The notes under the pieces are model-generated. The model did no database searches, had not been told where the DNA came from, and saw nothing but the letters and a program-made list of their open reading frames with translations. Position numbers and translations under genes: made by a program. DNA of 64,000 nucleotides, from positions 677 to 64,676 of the forward strand of contig JAZTYA010000033.1 in NCBI GenBank assembly GCA_045636705.1. Reading direction: 5' to 3'. This document shows, piece by piece, positions 44,267-53,681 of the stretch (position 1 is its first letter; each line of letters starts with the position of its first letter). The DNA comes from Acutalibacteraceae bacterium (lineage in GTDB: Bacteria > Bacillota > Clostridia > Oscillospirales > Acutalibacteraceae).

Positions 44267-45473
44267 TTTGTCTTCTGCTATTTCTGTAAGACAACTGAAT
44301 TTTTATATCAAAAGCCTTCTTGAAGCAGACGGAAAGCTTGCCTTTATAAGCGTTATAGGAGAGATATCTAACTTTAAAGAGCATTTCTCCAGCGGACATT
44401 TGTACTTTACCTTAAAGGATGAATCGGCAGCTATAAAGTGCGTTATGTTTAATGCAAATGCGAGACGACTAAAATTTTTACCAAAAGATGGTATGAAGGT
44501 TGTTGTCCGCGGAAGAATTTCGGTTTTTGAAAGAGACGGAGCATATCAACTTTATGCAGAGGATATGACGGTTGATGGCGAAGGGGACCTTCTTCAAGCT
44601 TTTGAACAGTTAAAGGAAAAACTTGAAAAGGAAGGTTTGTTTTCAAGTGCCAGAAAAAAAGCCATTCCACCATTTCCTTCAAAAATTGCGGTTATAACCT
44701 CAAGCACGGGAGCCGCAGTTAAGGATATTTTTAATGTTTTAACAAGAAGATATCCAATAGCAAAGGTTGAATTGATTCCTGCAATAGTACAAGGCGCAGA
44801 GGCTCCAATGAGTCTTTGCAAAGCTTTAGATATAGCCTATAACGACCCCGAAAACCAAGTAATCATTATCGGTCGAGGCGGTGGTTCGGTTGAAGACCTT
44901 TGGTGCTTTAACGACGAAGGGTTAGCCAGAAAAATAGCCGAGTCAAAAATTCCCGTAATTTCGGCTGTAGGCCACGAAACCGATTTTACAATTTGCGATT
45001 TCGTATCAGACCTTAGAGCGCCGACACCTTCTGCGGCGGCGGAACTGGCGGTTCCTGATATTGATGAATTATCCCTTTCGGTAAACACCTATTCAAATAT
45101 AATTTTTTCAGCAGCCGAAAACATTTTAACAAGACACTTTTTGCTTTTAGACAAGGTTAAATCTTTGCCTGTTTTCTCAAAACCTTCTGAAACTTTAATT
45201 GAGAAAAAGGCTATAGAGGTTGATAGACTAGCAGATAATATTTTTAACAAAGCAAATGAAAAGTTTGAAAATATAGATAAGGCATTTACTAAAATCACAT
45301 CAAAAATAGATGCCTTAAGCCCTTTAAAAACACTTGCCAGAGGTTATTCTGTTGCGGTTAAAGGCGGCAAAGCGGTTACAGATTCTAAAGCTCTTTTAGA
45401 AAACGATAACCTAAACGTCAAATTTTCAAAGGGTAGCGCAGACTGTAAAGTTATTAAAGTTTATGAGGAGTAA
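44259..45473 (+). CDS. xseA: Exodeoxyribonuclease VII large subunit
   Basis: OB-fold N-terminus (ISNFKEHFSSGHLYFTLKD) and GRGGGSVEDLWCFN. Confidence 0.93.
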   Translation: MSNLSSAISVRQLNFYIKSLLEADGKLAFISVIGEISNFKEHFSSGHLYFTLKDESAAIKCVMFNANARRLKFLPKDGMKVVVRGRISVFERDGAYQLYAEDMTVDGEGDLLQAFEQLKEKLEKEGLFSSARKKAIPPFPSKIAVITSSTGAAVKDIFNVLTRRYPIAKVELIPAIVQGAEAPMSLCKALDIAYNDPENQVIIIGRGGGSVEDLWCFNDEGLARKIAESKIPVISAVGHETDFTICDFVSDLRAPTPSAAAELAVPDIDELSLSVNTYSNIIFSAAENILTRHFLLLDKVKSLPVFSKPSETLIEKKAIEVDRLADNIFNKANEKFENIDKAFTKITSKIDALSPLKTLARGYSVAVKGGKAVTDSKALLENDNLNVKFSKGSADCKVIKVYEE

Positions 45474-45476
45474 CTT

Positions 45477-45680
45477 ATGGATGAAAAGAATTTAAGCTTT
45501 GAAGCGGCATTTAACGAGCTTAAAGAGGTTGCGGAAAAGCTAGATGACAATAGCCTATCATTAGATGAATCGTTAAAACTTTTTGAAAAGGGAATAGAAC
45601 TATCTAGATATTGCAACGAAGTTTTAACAAAGGCAAAAGAAAAGCTAGATAGTATTAAAAGCCTTGAGGTAGATAAATGA
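45477..45680 (+). CDS. xseB: Exodeoxyribonuclease VII small subunit
   Basis: 67 aa with SFEAAFNELKEV...LDESLKLFEKG. Confidence 0.9.
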   Translation: MDEKNLSFEAAFNELKEVAEKLDDNSLSLDESLKLFEKGIELSRYCNEVLTKAKEKLDSIKSLEVDK

Positions 45681-46555
45681 TTGAAAAAATGATTAAGGCC
45701 TATTCGGCAGAGTTTGAATCAAAAATAGATAAGTTTTTGCCTACCGTTTTAGAGGACTATAAAATAGTTTATGATGCTATGATGTATAGTCTAAAACTTG
45801 GTGGTAAGAGACTTCGTCCATTCCTTGTGAATGAGTTTTATAAAATTTGCGGTGGAGTTGGAGACGTTCCTGCGCCCGTTTCGGTAGCAATTGAGTCGAT
45901 ACATACCTACTCACTTATTCACGATGACCTACCTTGTATGGATAACGATGATATGAGACGCGGAAAACCTTCATGTCATATTAAGTTTGGTGAGGAGTAT
46001 GCGTTGCTTGCAGGAGACGCTCTTTTAACCGAGGCTTTCGGTGTAATTGCGAATGCAAAGGATATCGAGCCCAAGGCAAAGGTAAAAGCAATTTCTGCAT
46101 TAGCCCATTATTCAGGCATAAACGGAATGATTGGCGGACAGACGGTTGATTTGTTATCAGAAAACACAGAAGCTTCAGAGGAAAAACTATTACTTATTTG
46201 CAAGTTAAAAACGGCGGCGCTAATTAAGGTTTCCTGCCTGCTTGGTTGTATTTTAGCTGGTGCAGACGAAAAGCAATGTATGGCCGCTAAAGAATATGCA
46301 GATAATTTAGGTTTAGCATTTCAGATAATGGATGATATTTTAGACGAAATAGGCGAAAGCGAAAAACTTGGTAAACCTATTCATAGCGATAAAGAAAATG
46401 CAAAATCAACCTTTGTTTCGGTTTACGGCATTGAGGACTGTAAAAGTAGGGTTGAAAATTTAACAAATAAGGCAAAGGCGGCATTAGACATATTCGGAGA
46501 GAAGTCTTCTACATTAAAGGCTTTAGCCGATTACCTTTGCAACAGGGAATATTAA
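45677..46555 (+). CDS. ispA: Polyprenyl (farnesyl) diphosphate synthase
   Basis: HDDLPCMDNDDMRRG and FQIMDDILD Asp-rich motifs. Confidence 0.9.
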   Translation: MIEKMIKAYSAEFESKIDKFLPTVLEDYKIVYDAMMYSLKLGGKRLRPFLVNEFYKICGGVGDVPAPVSVAIESIHTYSLIHDDLPCMDNDDMRRGKPSCHIKFGEEYALLAGDALLTEAFGVIANAKDIEPKAKVKAISALAHYSGINGMIGGQTVDLLSENTEASEEKLLLICKLKTAALIKVSCLLGCILAGADEKQCMAAKEYADNLGLAFQIMDDILDEIGESEKLGKPIHSDKENAKSTFVSVYGIEDCKSRVENLTNKAKAALDIFGEKSSTLKALADYLCNREY

Positions 46556-46571
46556 AAGGGAAGTTGATTTT

Positions 46572-48398
46572 TTGGAATATAGTTTTTTAAAGGAGATTAA
46601 AACTCCTAGTGACCTTAAAAAACTAAATAATGAAGAACTGGAACTACTTTGCGCAGAGATACGTGATAAGCTTTTGCATGTTGTTTCTGTAAATGGTGGA
46701 CATTTAGCATCAAATATGGGCGCAGTTGAATTAACCGTCGCTTTACATCGCGCTTTTGAGTCGCCTAAAGATGCAATAATTTTCGACGTAGGACACCAGT
46801 GCTACACTCATAAGCTTTTAACAGGCAGATATGAAACCATTGATACACTACGAAAAGAGGGTGGCATATCGGGCTTTATGCGCCCTAGTGAGAGTGAACA
46901 TGACCAGTTTGTAACAGGACACGCAAGCAACTCTATTGCAGCCGCTTTTGGAATTCACATGGCTAAAAAATTAAGCGGTGAAGAGGGAACGGCAGTTGCG
47001 GTTATAGGGGACGGCGCCTTAACAGGTGGTCTTGCATTTGAGGCCCTTAATAATATCGGCACTTATAAAGGCAACTTTATTGTCGTTGTCAATGATAACG
47101 AGATGTCTATCTCTTTAAATGTCGGTTCGGTTTCAAAACATCTTAATAAAATACGTTTAAAACCGGGGTACCATAAGCTAAAATCAAAAACAGAGTCATT
47201 TCTTTTTAAAATTCCTCTTGTTGGAAGTTTTGTTCGCAAAACACTTTCAAAAATCAAAGATTTCTTTAAACGATTTATTTATAAAGACAATATTTTTGAA
47301 GCGCTTGGATTCAACTATATAGGACCCGTTGACGGCCACGATATTGAAAAGCTAGATACCGCTTTATCCATTGCAAAAATGCAGTCTGACCCTTGTGTTA
47401 TTCACGTCTTGACAAAAAAAGGTAAGGGATATGAGTTCGCTGAAAACGAGCCTGACTCTTATCACGGCGTATCCGCTTTCAATATGGAAGAAGGCATTTC
47501 TAATACTGCTTCTGACAGTTTTTCTAATATCGCAGGCAACGCCCTTTTAGACCTAGCAAAAGAGGACGAAAAAATTTGCGCTATTACGGCCGCAATGCCT
47601 AGCGGTACAGGACTTGAAACTTTTGCTTCTTTAATGCCTAACAGATTTTTCGACGTAGGCATCGCCGAAGAATATGCTGTGACTTTTTCTGCGGGACTAG
47701 CCTCAGGCGGTGCAAAGCCTTATTTTGCGGTTTACAGTTCATTCCTACAAAGAGCTTACGACCAAATTATTCACGATACCGCAATCCAAGGTCTTCCTTT
47801 AAGGCTCTTAGTTGACCGCGCAGGTCTTGTAGGCGAGGACGGAGAGACACATCAAGGCGTTTTTGATGCGGCGTTCTTATCAGGAGTGCCTAATATGACC
47901 ATCTATTCTCCTGCAAGTTATAGCGAGCTTGAAGGTTATATCAAACTTACAAAAGATGCAACTTCTCCTGTTGCAATCAGATACCCAAGAGGCAAGGAGA
48001 TAATTGATTTTAAATTCAGCAAAAAAGATTTCACAGTATTTAAAAACGATGGAAAAACAGCTATTGTTACCTATGGGCTTAATACTGTTGAGGCGATTTT
48101 TGCACAACAAAAGCTTAGAGAAGAGAATATTTTAGTTGACGTAATTAAACTTAATAAAATTTTCCCGATAAGCCAAAAGTTAATTGATATCTTAAATCAG
48201 TATGACCGTGTTGACTTTTTTGAAGAAGGTATCAAAAAAGGCGGTATATTTGAGCATATAGCTTCTAAGGTTACAACCAAAAAGGATATTACTGCTATAG
48301 AGGGCAAGTTTATCCCTGCTATGACTCGTGAAGCGGCTTTAAAATACTGCAAGCTTGATAGAAATTCTATTTATAAAAAAATAAAAGGTGGCAAATAA
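46572..48398 (+). CDS. dxs: 1-deoxy-D-xylulose-5-phosphate synthase
   Basis: 608 aa with GGHLASNMG and GDGALTGG TPP motifs. TTG start. Confidence 0.93.
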   Translation: MEYSFLKEIKTPSDLKKLNNEELELLCAEIRDKLLHVVSVNGGHLASNMGAVELTVALHRAFESPKDAIIFDVGHQCYTHKLLTGRYETIDTLRKEGGISGFMRPSESEHDQFVTGHASNSIAAAFGIHMAKKLSGEEGTAVAVIGDGALTGGLAFEALNNIGTYKGNFIVVVNDNEMSISLNVGSVSKHLNKIRLKPGYHKLKSKTESFLFKIPLVGSFVRKTLSKIKDFFKRFIYKDNIFEALGFNYIGPVDGHDIEKLDTALSIAKMQSDPCVIHVLTKKGKGYEFAENEPDSYHGVSAFNMEEGISNTASDSFSNIAGNALLDLAKEDEKICAITAAMPSGTGLETFASLMPNRFFDVGIAEEYAVTFSAGLASGGAKPYFAVYSSFLQRAYDQIIHDTAIQGLPLRLLVDRAGLVGEDGETHQGVFDAAFLSGVPNMTIYSPASYSELEGYIKLTKDATSPVAIRYPRGKEIIDFKFSKKDFTVFKNDGKTAIVTYGLNTVEAIFAQQKLREENILVDVIKLNKIFPISQKLIDILNQYDRVDFFEEGIKKGGIFEHIASKVTTKKDITAIEGKFIPAMTREAALKYCKLDRNSIYKKIKGGK

Positions 48399-49240
48399 TG
48401 GCAAGCAAAATTAGGCTTGATGCGGCTGTTTTCGAAAAGGGCTTGACCGAGAGCCGTGAAAAGGCAAAAGCGCTTATTATGGCAGGTCAAATATACGTTA
48501 ATAATCAGAAGTCGGATAAACCGGGCACACAGGTAAAGCCGGACGATATCATTGAACTTCGCGGAGAAAAACTAAAGTATGTTAGCCGTGGAGGACTTAA
48601 GCTTGAAAAAGCGGTTGAGCGTTTTTCATTTAGCCTTGAAAATAAGGTTTGTGCCGACATAGGCGCTTCCACAGGCGGATTCACCGACTGTATGCTACAA
48701 AATAACGCAACCAAGGTTTATGCTATCGACGTAGGATATGGCCAACTTGCTTGGAAACTTCGTACCGATAACCGTGTCGTTAACCTTGAAAGAACCAACT
48801 TTAGATATGTTACAAAGGCTGAAATTCCCGACCCGTTAGAGTTTTGCTCGGTTGACGTTTCCTTTATTTCGCTTTCAATTATTATCCCTGTTATGAAAAC
48901 CTTGATGAAAGAGGATGCCGAGGCGGTTTGTCTTATTAAACCACAGTTTGAAGCGGGCAAGGAAAAGGTGGGCAAAAAGGGCGTTGTTAGAGACCCTGAT
49001 GTTCACGTTGAGGTAATTGAAAAGATTATGTCTGTGGCTAAAAACGAAGGATTTTCGGTACTTAATCTTGATTATTCTCCAATCAAAGGTCCCGAAGGCA
49101 ATATTGAATATTTAATTCATTTAAGAAATGATAATAAGGGCGATATCAGCGCAGAAATTTCTGCTAGCGAAATCGTAAAGCAATCACACAACACACTAGA
49201 TAGTAAGGGGGAGGAAGATGAAGGCAGCAATATTCACTAA
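48398..49240 (+). CDS. tlyA: TlyA-family rRNA 2'-O-methyltransferase
   Basis: S4 domain N-terminus (RLDAAVFEKGL) and FtsJ-like DIGASTGGFTD. Confidence 0.88.
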   Translation: MASKIRLDAAVFEKGLTESREKAKALIMAGQIYVNNQKSDKPGTQVKPDDIIELRGEKLKYVSRGGLKLEKAVERFSFSLENKVCADIGASTGGFTDCMLQNNATKVYAIDVGYGQLAWKLRTDNRVVNLERTNFRYVTKAEIPDPLEFCSVDVSFISLSIIIPVMKTLMKEDAEAVCLIKPQFEAGKEKVGKKGVVRDPDVHVEVIEKIMSVAKNEGFSVLNLDYSPIKGPEGNIEYLIHLRNDNKGDISAEISASEIVKQSHNTLDSKGEEDEGSNIH

Positions 49241-50045
49241 CACCAAAAAAATAGGAGCTTGCGAAATCACCGAAAAGGTAATTGATAAACTTATAAGCTT
49301 GGGAGTTGAAGTTTTAACAACAAAGCAAGACAAAAAGAAAAGATGCACAAAGCTTAGTGAAAAGGATGTTTTTCAGTCTGCCGACCTTATAATTACTGTC
49401 GGTGGTGACGGAACGTTAATAAGCTATGCTAAAAAAGCTGCTACATACCAAAAACCCGTTTTAGGTGTTAATGCGGGCAGACTTGGTTTTTTAACCGACG
49501 TTGAAAAGGATAACCTTGACCTTTTGGAAAAGCTAGTAAGCGGTGACTATACTGTTGAAAATAGAATGATGATAAAGGCATCTGTTATAAAGAATGGAAA
49601 AGAAGTCTTTTCAGACGTAGCCCTTAACGACGTTATTATTTCGGGTGGAGATATAGCAAGAATTGCCGATATCGAGGTAAACGTAGGAAACGATTTGATT
49701 TCCTATCGTGCGGACGGCATCATTTTTTCAACTCCAACAGGCTCAACCGCCTATTCAATGTCGGCAGGTGGACCTATAATAGACCCATCGATGCGCGCAT
49801 TTAACCTTACCCCTGTATGTTCTCATTCCTTGACGGCAAGACCAATGCTAATAAATGCGGAGGAGAAAATAAGGGTTACTATTCCGGACACGTCGCGCTC
49901 TGCTGTATACCTAGGAATTGATGGTGCTCGCTATAAGGAAAGTCTTTCTGAACAGGAAATCGTGCTTTCTATGTGCGATTTTGATGCAAAGCTTATCAAT
50001 ATTTCGGGTAGAACTATTTTTAAAACATTATCAATGAAATTTTAG
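49218..50045 (+). CDS. nadK: NAD kinase
   Basis: GGDGT and NRMM...DGIIFSTPTGSTAYSMSAGGPI. Confidence 0.92.
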   Translation: MKAAIFTNTKKIGACEITEKVIDKLISLGVEVLTTKQDKKKRCTKLSEKDVFQSADLIITVGGDGTLISYAKKAATYQKPVLGVNAGRLGFLTDVEKDNLDLLEKLVSGDYTVENRMMIKASVIKNGKEVFSDVALNDVIISGGDIARIADIEVNVGNDLISYRADGIIFSTPTGSTAYSMSAGGPIIDPSMRAFNLTPVCSHSLTARPMLINAEEKIRVTIPDTSRSAVYLGIDGARYKESLSEQEIVLSMCDFDAKLINISGRTIFKTLSMKF

Positions 50046-50054
50046 GATGAAGAT

Positions 50055-50507
50055 ATGAAACATATAAGACAGCAAAAAATATTAGAACTCATCAAACTTA
50101 ATACCTTAGCAACTCAAGAGGATTTGCAAGAGGCACTAGAAAATTTAGGTTTTAATGTTACGCAATCGACAGTTTCTCGTGATATTAGGGAACTTAAAAT
50201 TGTAAAAGCAAGGGATAAAAACGGTATATATCGTTATGTTTCTTCGGCAGAAAATCACGGAAACGAGCGAAACGGCAGTCATTTTGAAGAAACCTTTAAA
50301 AGAGCCGCTGTAAGCGTTATTTATTCTATGAACACCGTAATAGTTAAGTGTTATCCCGGAATGGCTTCAAGCGCAGGCGTTGCTGTTGATAACCTTTTTA
50401 GTGATATCATTTTAGGTTCACTAGCAGGGGACGATACTGTTTTTGCTATAACTGCCAGCGAACAAGATTCAATACTACTCACAAAAGAACTTAAAAAACT
50501 AATTTAG
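50055..50507 (+). CDS. argR: Arginine repressor
   Basis: Winged-helix N-terminus (TQSTVSRDIRELK) and a C-terminal GDDT oligomerisation/arginine-binding motif. Confidence 0.9.
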   Translation: MKHIRQQKILELIKLNTLATQEDLQEALENLGFNVTQSTVSRDIRELKIVKARDKNGIYRYVSSAENHGNERNGSHFEETFKRAAVSVIYSMNTVIVKCYPGMASSAGVAVDNLFSDIILGSLAGDDTVFAITASEQDSILLTKELKKLI

Positions 50508-50518
50508 GACGTTTTAAT

Positions 50519-52183
50519 ATGCTAAAATACCTACATATTGAAAATATTGCGGTAATTGAATCGGCTAGTATTGAACCAACCGAGGGCTTTAACGTCCTGT
50601 CTGGTGAAACGGGCGCAGGTAAGTCAATTATTATAGATTCAATTAATGCAATTTTAGGTGAAAGAACATCTAAAGAGCTTATCCGTAACGGCAAGGATAA
50701 AGCGGTGGTTTCGGCACTCTTTTCGGATTTGTCCGCAGAGGCTAAGGCAAATATTGTTGATGGTGGATTTGAACTCGATGAAGATGGCAACCTGCTAATT
50801 CAAAGGGTGTTATCTAACAGCGGAAACGGCAGTATAAAAATTAATAGCCGTCCCGCTACCGCTACTGTTTTAAAGGAAATCGGAAAGAACCTTATAAACA
50901 TTCACGGTCAGCATGATAGCCAAATGCTTTTAAAGCCTGAAAATCACTATATTTATCTCGATTTACTTGCGGGCAATAAAGATTTATTAGATGCATACCA
51001 TACCGCCTTTAAGCAGTTTACCGACATAAGAAGAGAGATTAAAGCGCTTGAAACCGATGAGGATAAAAAGTACGAGCGAATGGACCTTCTTCGTTACCAA
51101 ATCAATGAACTTGAGTCGGCAAACCTTAAAGCAGGCGAGTATGAAGAACTTAAAAAGAATAAAGATTTAGCCGAAAACAGTGAAAAAATCGCTAAGAGAA
51201 TTAAAGAAAGCATTTTTCTTTTATCTGGTGACGACGATACTGACGGCGCAATAATCAGTACCGACAAGGCTGTTAAGTTGCTAACCGACATAGGTGTACC
51301 TGAGTCTGAAACTACCTTAAACGAGCTTTCAACGGCCAACGATACCCTTCATAACGTACTTGCATCTTTAAGAAGTCTTTTGGAAAGCGTTTCTTTTGAC
51401 CGAAATTATTTTGAAAATTTGCAAGATAGACTTGAAATAGTGCATACCTTAATGTTAAAATATGGTGGCACCGAAGAGAAGGCTATTGAGTTTTTAAATA
51501 GGGCTCGAAAAGAACTTGAAACAATAGAACTTTCAGAAGAAAGACTAAACGATTTACAACAAGAACTCTTAGATGCTGAGCAAAACCTTATTTTAGCAGG
51601 GGACAGGCTTACAGAATCAAGAAAAAACGCCTCTTCCTTCTTTGCACAACAGGTTTGTGAAGCACTTTCCTCAATGGATATGGATAACGTTGAGTTCGTT
51701 GTCAGTGTAAATGAGGGCAAATATACAAAGACCGGTAAGGACGTTGTTGAATTTATGATTTCAACCAACGCCGGAGAAACAATAAAGCCTCTTTATAAGA
51801 TTGCATCTGGCGGTGAGCTTTCACGAATAATGCTCGCTATTAAGAGCATCATTGCCGACAAGGACGATGTTGATACCCTTATTTTCGATGAAATTGACAC
51901 CGGTATTAGCGGTAGAGCGGCTTCAAAGGTTGCTATTCGTTTAAGACAGGTTTCAAAAAGCCGACAGGTTATCTGTGTAACCCACTTAGCGCAGATAGCG
52001 GCGGCGGCCGAGGGACATTTCCTTATTGAAAAGAATGTTTCTGAAGGCAAGACTTATACAAAGGTTGAACTGTTAAAAGACAATGCCAGGGTTGAAGAAA
52101 TCGCTAGGATTATGTCGGGCACAGTTCTAACAGAAAAAACAATTCAAACAGCTAAGGAATTATTAGATAGGAGTAATATATAA
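50519..52183 (+). CDS. recN: DNA repair protein RecN
   Basis: Walker A GETGAGKS, a coiled coil, the signature SGGELSR, and FDEIDTG. Confidence 0.95.
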   Translation: MLKYLHIENIAVIESASIEPTEGFNVLSGETGAGKSIIIDSINAILGERTSKELIRNGKDKAVVSALFSDLSAEAKANIVDGGFELDEDGNLLIQRVLSNSGNGSIKINSRPATATVLKEIGKNLINIHGQHDSQMLLKPENHYIYLDLLAGNKDLLDAYHTAFKQFTDIRREIKALETDEDKKYERMDLLRYQINELESANLKAGEYEELKKNKDLAENSEKIAKRIKESIFLLSGDDDTDGAIISTDKAVKLLTDIGVPESETTLNELSTANDTLHNVLASLRSLLESVSFDRNYFENLQDRLEIVHTLMLKYGGTEEKAIEFLNRARKELETIELSEERLNDLQQELLDAEQNLILAGDRLTESRKNASSFFAQQVCEALSSMDMDNVEFVVSVNEGKYTKTGKDVVEFMISTNAGETIKPLYKIASGGELSRIMLAIKSIIADKDDVDTLIFDEIDTGISGRAASKVAIRLRQVSKSRQVICVTHLAQIAAAAEGHFLIEKNVSEGKTYTKVELLKDNARVEEIARIMSGTVLTEKTIQTAKELLDRSNI

Positions 52184-53403
52184 TGGCACTATACGAAGAA
52201 TTAATTGAGCGTGGGCTTATCGCTCAGGTTACAAATGAGGAAGAAATCCGCAATATGATTAATGAGGGTAAGGCTACCTTCTATATCGGATTTGACTGTA
52301 CTGCGGATAGTCTTACTGCAGGACACTTTATGGCTTTAACCCTTATGAAGAGACTTCAAATGGCAGGCAATAAGCCAATTGCCCTTATCGGTGGCGGTAC
52401 TACAATGATTGGCGACCCTTCGGGAAGAACCGATATGAGAAAGATGCTTACCATTGAGGATATAAGACATAATGCCGACTGCTTTAAGCGTCAGATGGAA
52501 AGCTTTATCGATTTTTCAGACGGCAAGGCTTTAATGGTAAACAATGCAGACTGGCTTTTAGACCTAAATTACGTTGAGCTTCTTCGTGAGGTTGGTGCTT
52601 GCTTCTCGGTTAACAATATGCTTCGTGCCGAGTGCTATAAGCAGAGAATGGAAAAGGGCCTTTCCTTCTTTGAGTTCAACTATATGATTATGCAGTCTTA
52701 TGACTTCTATCATCTCTTCAAAAACTATAACTGTAACATGCAGTTTGGTGGCGATGACCAGTGGTCTAATATGCTTGGCGGTACCGAGCTTATCCGTAAA
52801 AAACTCGGCAAGGATGCGCACGCTATGACAATAACCCTTCTTACCGATTCTCAGGGTAAAAAGATGGGCAAAACCGCAGGAAATGCAGTTTGGCTTGATG
52901 CTAATAAAACCACACCTTATGAGTTTTATCAGTATTGGCGCAACGTTGATGATGCCGACGTTATCAAGTGTATTAAGATGTTAACCTTCATCCCAATTGA
53001 AACCATACGCGAGTATGAGAAGTGGGAAGGAAGCGACCTTAATAAAGCTAAGGAAATTTTAGCTTATGAGCTTACCTCTATGATACACGGCACCGAGGAA
53101 GCAGAAAAGGCACAAAACGCCGCTAGAGCCATTTTTGGCGGCGGTGCAGACGATGCTAATATGCCTACAACCACTTTGGAAGCATCCGACTTTTTGGATG
53201 GCGAAATCGGTCTTTTAACCCTTATGTCAAAGGCAGGACTTATCGCATCTAACGGAGAGGGAAGAAGACTTGTTCAACAAGGCGGCGTAATGGTTGACGG
53301 CGAAAAGGCAACCGACCCCGCAATGAAGATAAGCCTTGATAAATTCGCAGACGGCGTAGTAATCAAAAAAGGCAAAAAAATCTTCCACAAGTTTACAGTA
53401 TAA
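52183..53403 (+). CDS. tyrS: Tyrosyl-tRNA synthetase
   Basis: TAGH (HIGH-like), KMGKT (KMSKS) and a C-terminal S4 domain. Its ATG overlaps the recN stop (TAATG). Confidence 0.95.
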   Translation: MALYEELIERGLIAQVTNEEEIRNMINEGKATFYIGFDCTADSLTAGHFMALTLMKRLQMAGNKPIALIGGGTTMIGDPSGRTDMRKMLTIEDIRHNADCFKRQMESFIDFSDGKALMVNNADWLLDLNYVELLREVGACFSVNNMLRAECYKQRMEKGLSFFEFNYMIMQSYDFYHLFKNYNCNMQFGGDDQWSNMLGGTELIRKKLGKDAHAMTITLLTDSQGKKMGKTAGNAVWLDANKTTPYEFYQYWRNVDDADVIKCIKMLTFIPIETIREYEKWEGSDLNKAKEILAYELTSMIHGTEEAEKAQNAARAIFGGGADDANMPTTTLEASDFLDGEIGLLTLMSKAGLIASNGEGRRLVQQGGVMVDGEKATDPAMKISLDKFADGVVIKKGKKIFHKFTV

Positions 53404-53460
53404 GAAAAATCCACCCGTGAGGGTACCTTCTATAAAGCAGGTTGACCTGTGCCCTATAAT

Positions 53461-53496
53461 AAAAGGACAGAGAATTTCACGTTCTCTGTCCTTTTT
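53461..53496. terminator. Bidirectional intrinsic terminator after tyrS
   Basis: AAAA-GGACAGAGAA-TTTCACG-TTCTCTGTCC-TTTTT. Confidence 0.85.
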
Positions 53497-53653
53497 CACA
53501 CGCCTTGCCCTGCAAGGTATAGTGTGTTACGTCTTGTAGGTGTACTATTGGGTGGTAAATAGCCTCCCTTTACACAAGGGGGCCTTAGTTTTGTGTGCCT
53601 CGAAAGTTCGTCTATTTTCTTGACAAGCACTGCTTTTGAGGGCACAAAAGCGA

Positions 53654-53674
53654 AGCCCCGCGCGAGGCGGGGCT
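53654..53674 (-). terminator. GC-rich terminator hairpin after the HTH regulator gene
   Basis: AGCCCCGC-GCGA-GGCGGGGCT. On the minus strand it is followed by TTCGCTTTTGT. Confidence 0.65.
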
Positions 53675-53681
53675 GAATAAC

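Noticed and set aside
53593-53676. 27-aa plus-strand ORF (MCLESSSIFLTSTAFEGTKAKPRARRG) as a quorum-sensing propeptide for the adjacent regulator
   Set aside because: It has a GTG start, poor RBS spacing, no signal-like or hydrophobic SHP/PapR-like character, and it ends inside the terminator hairpin. It is mentioned only as something to test.
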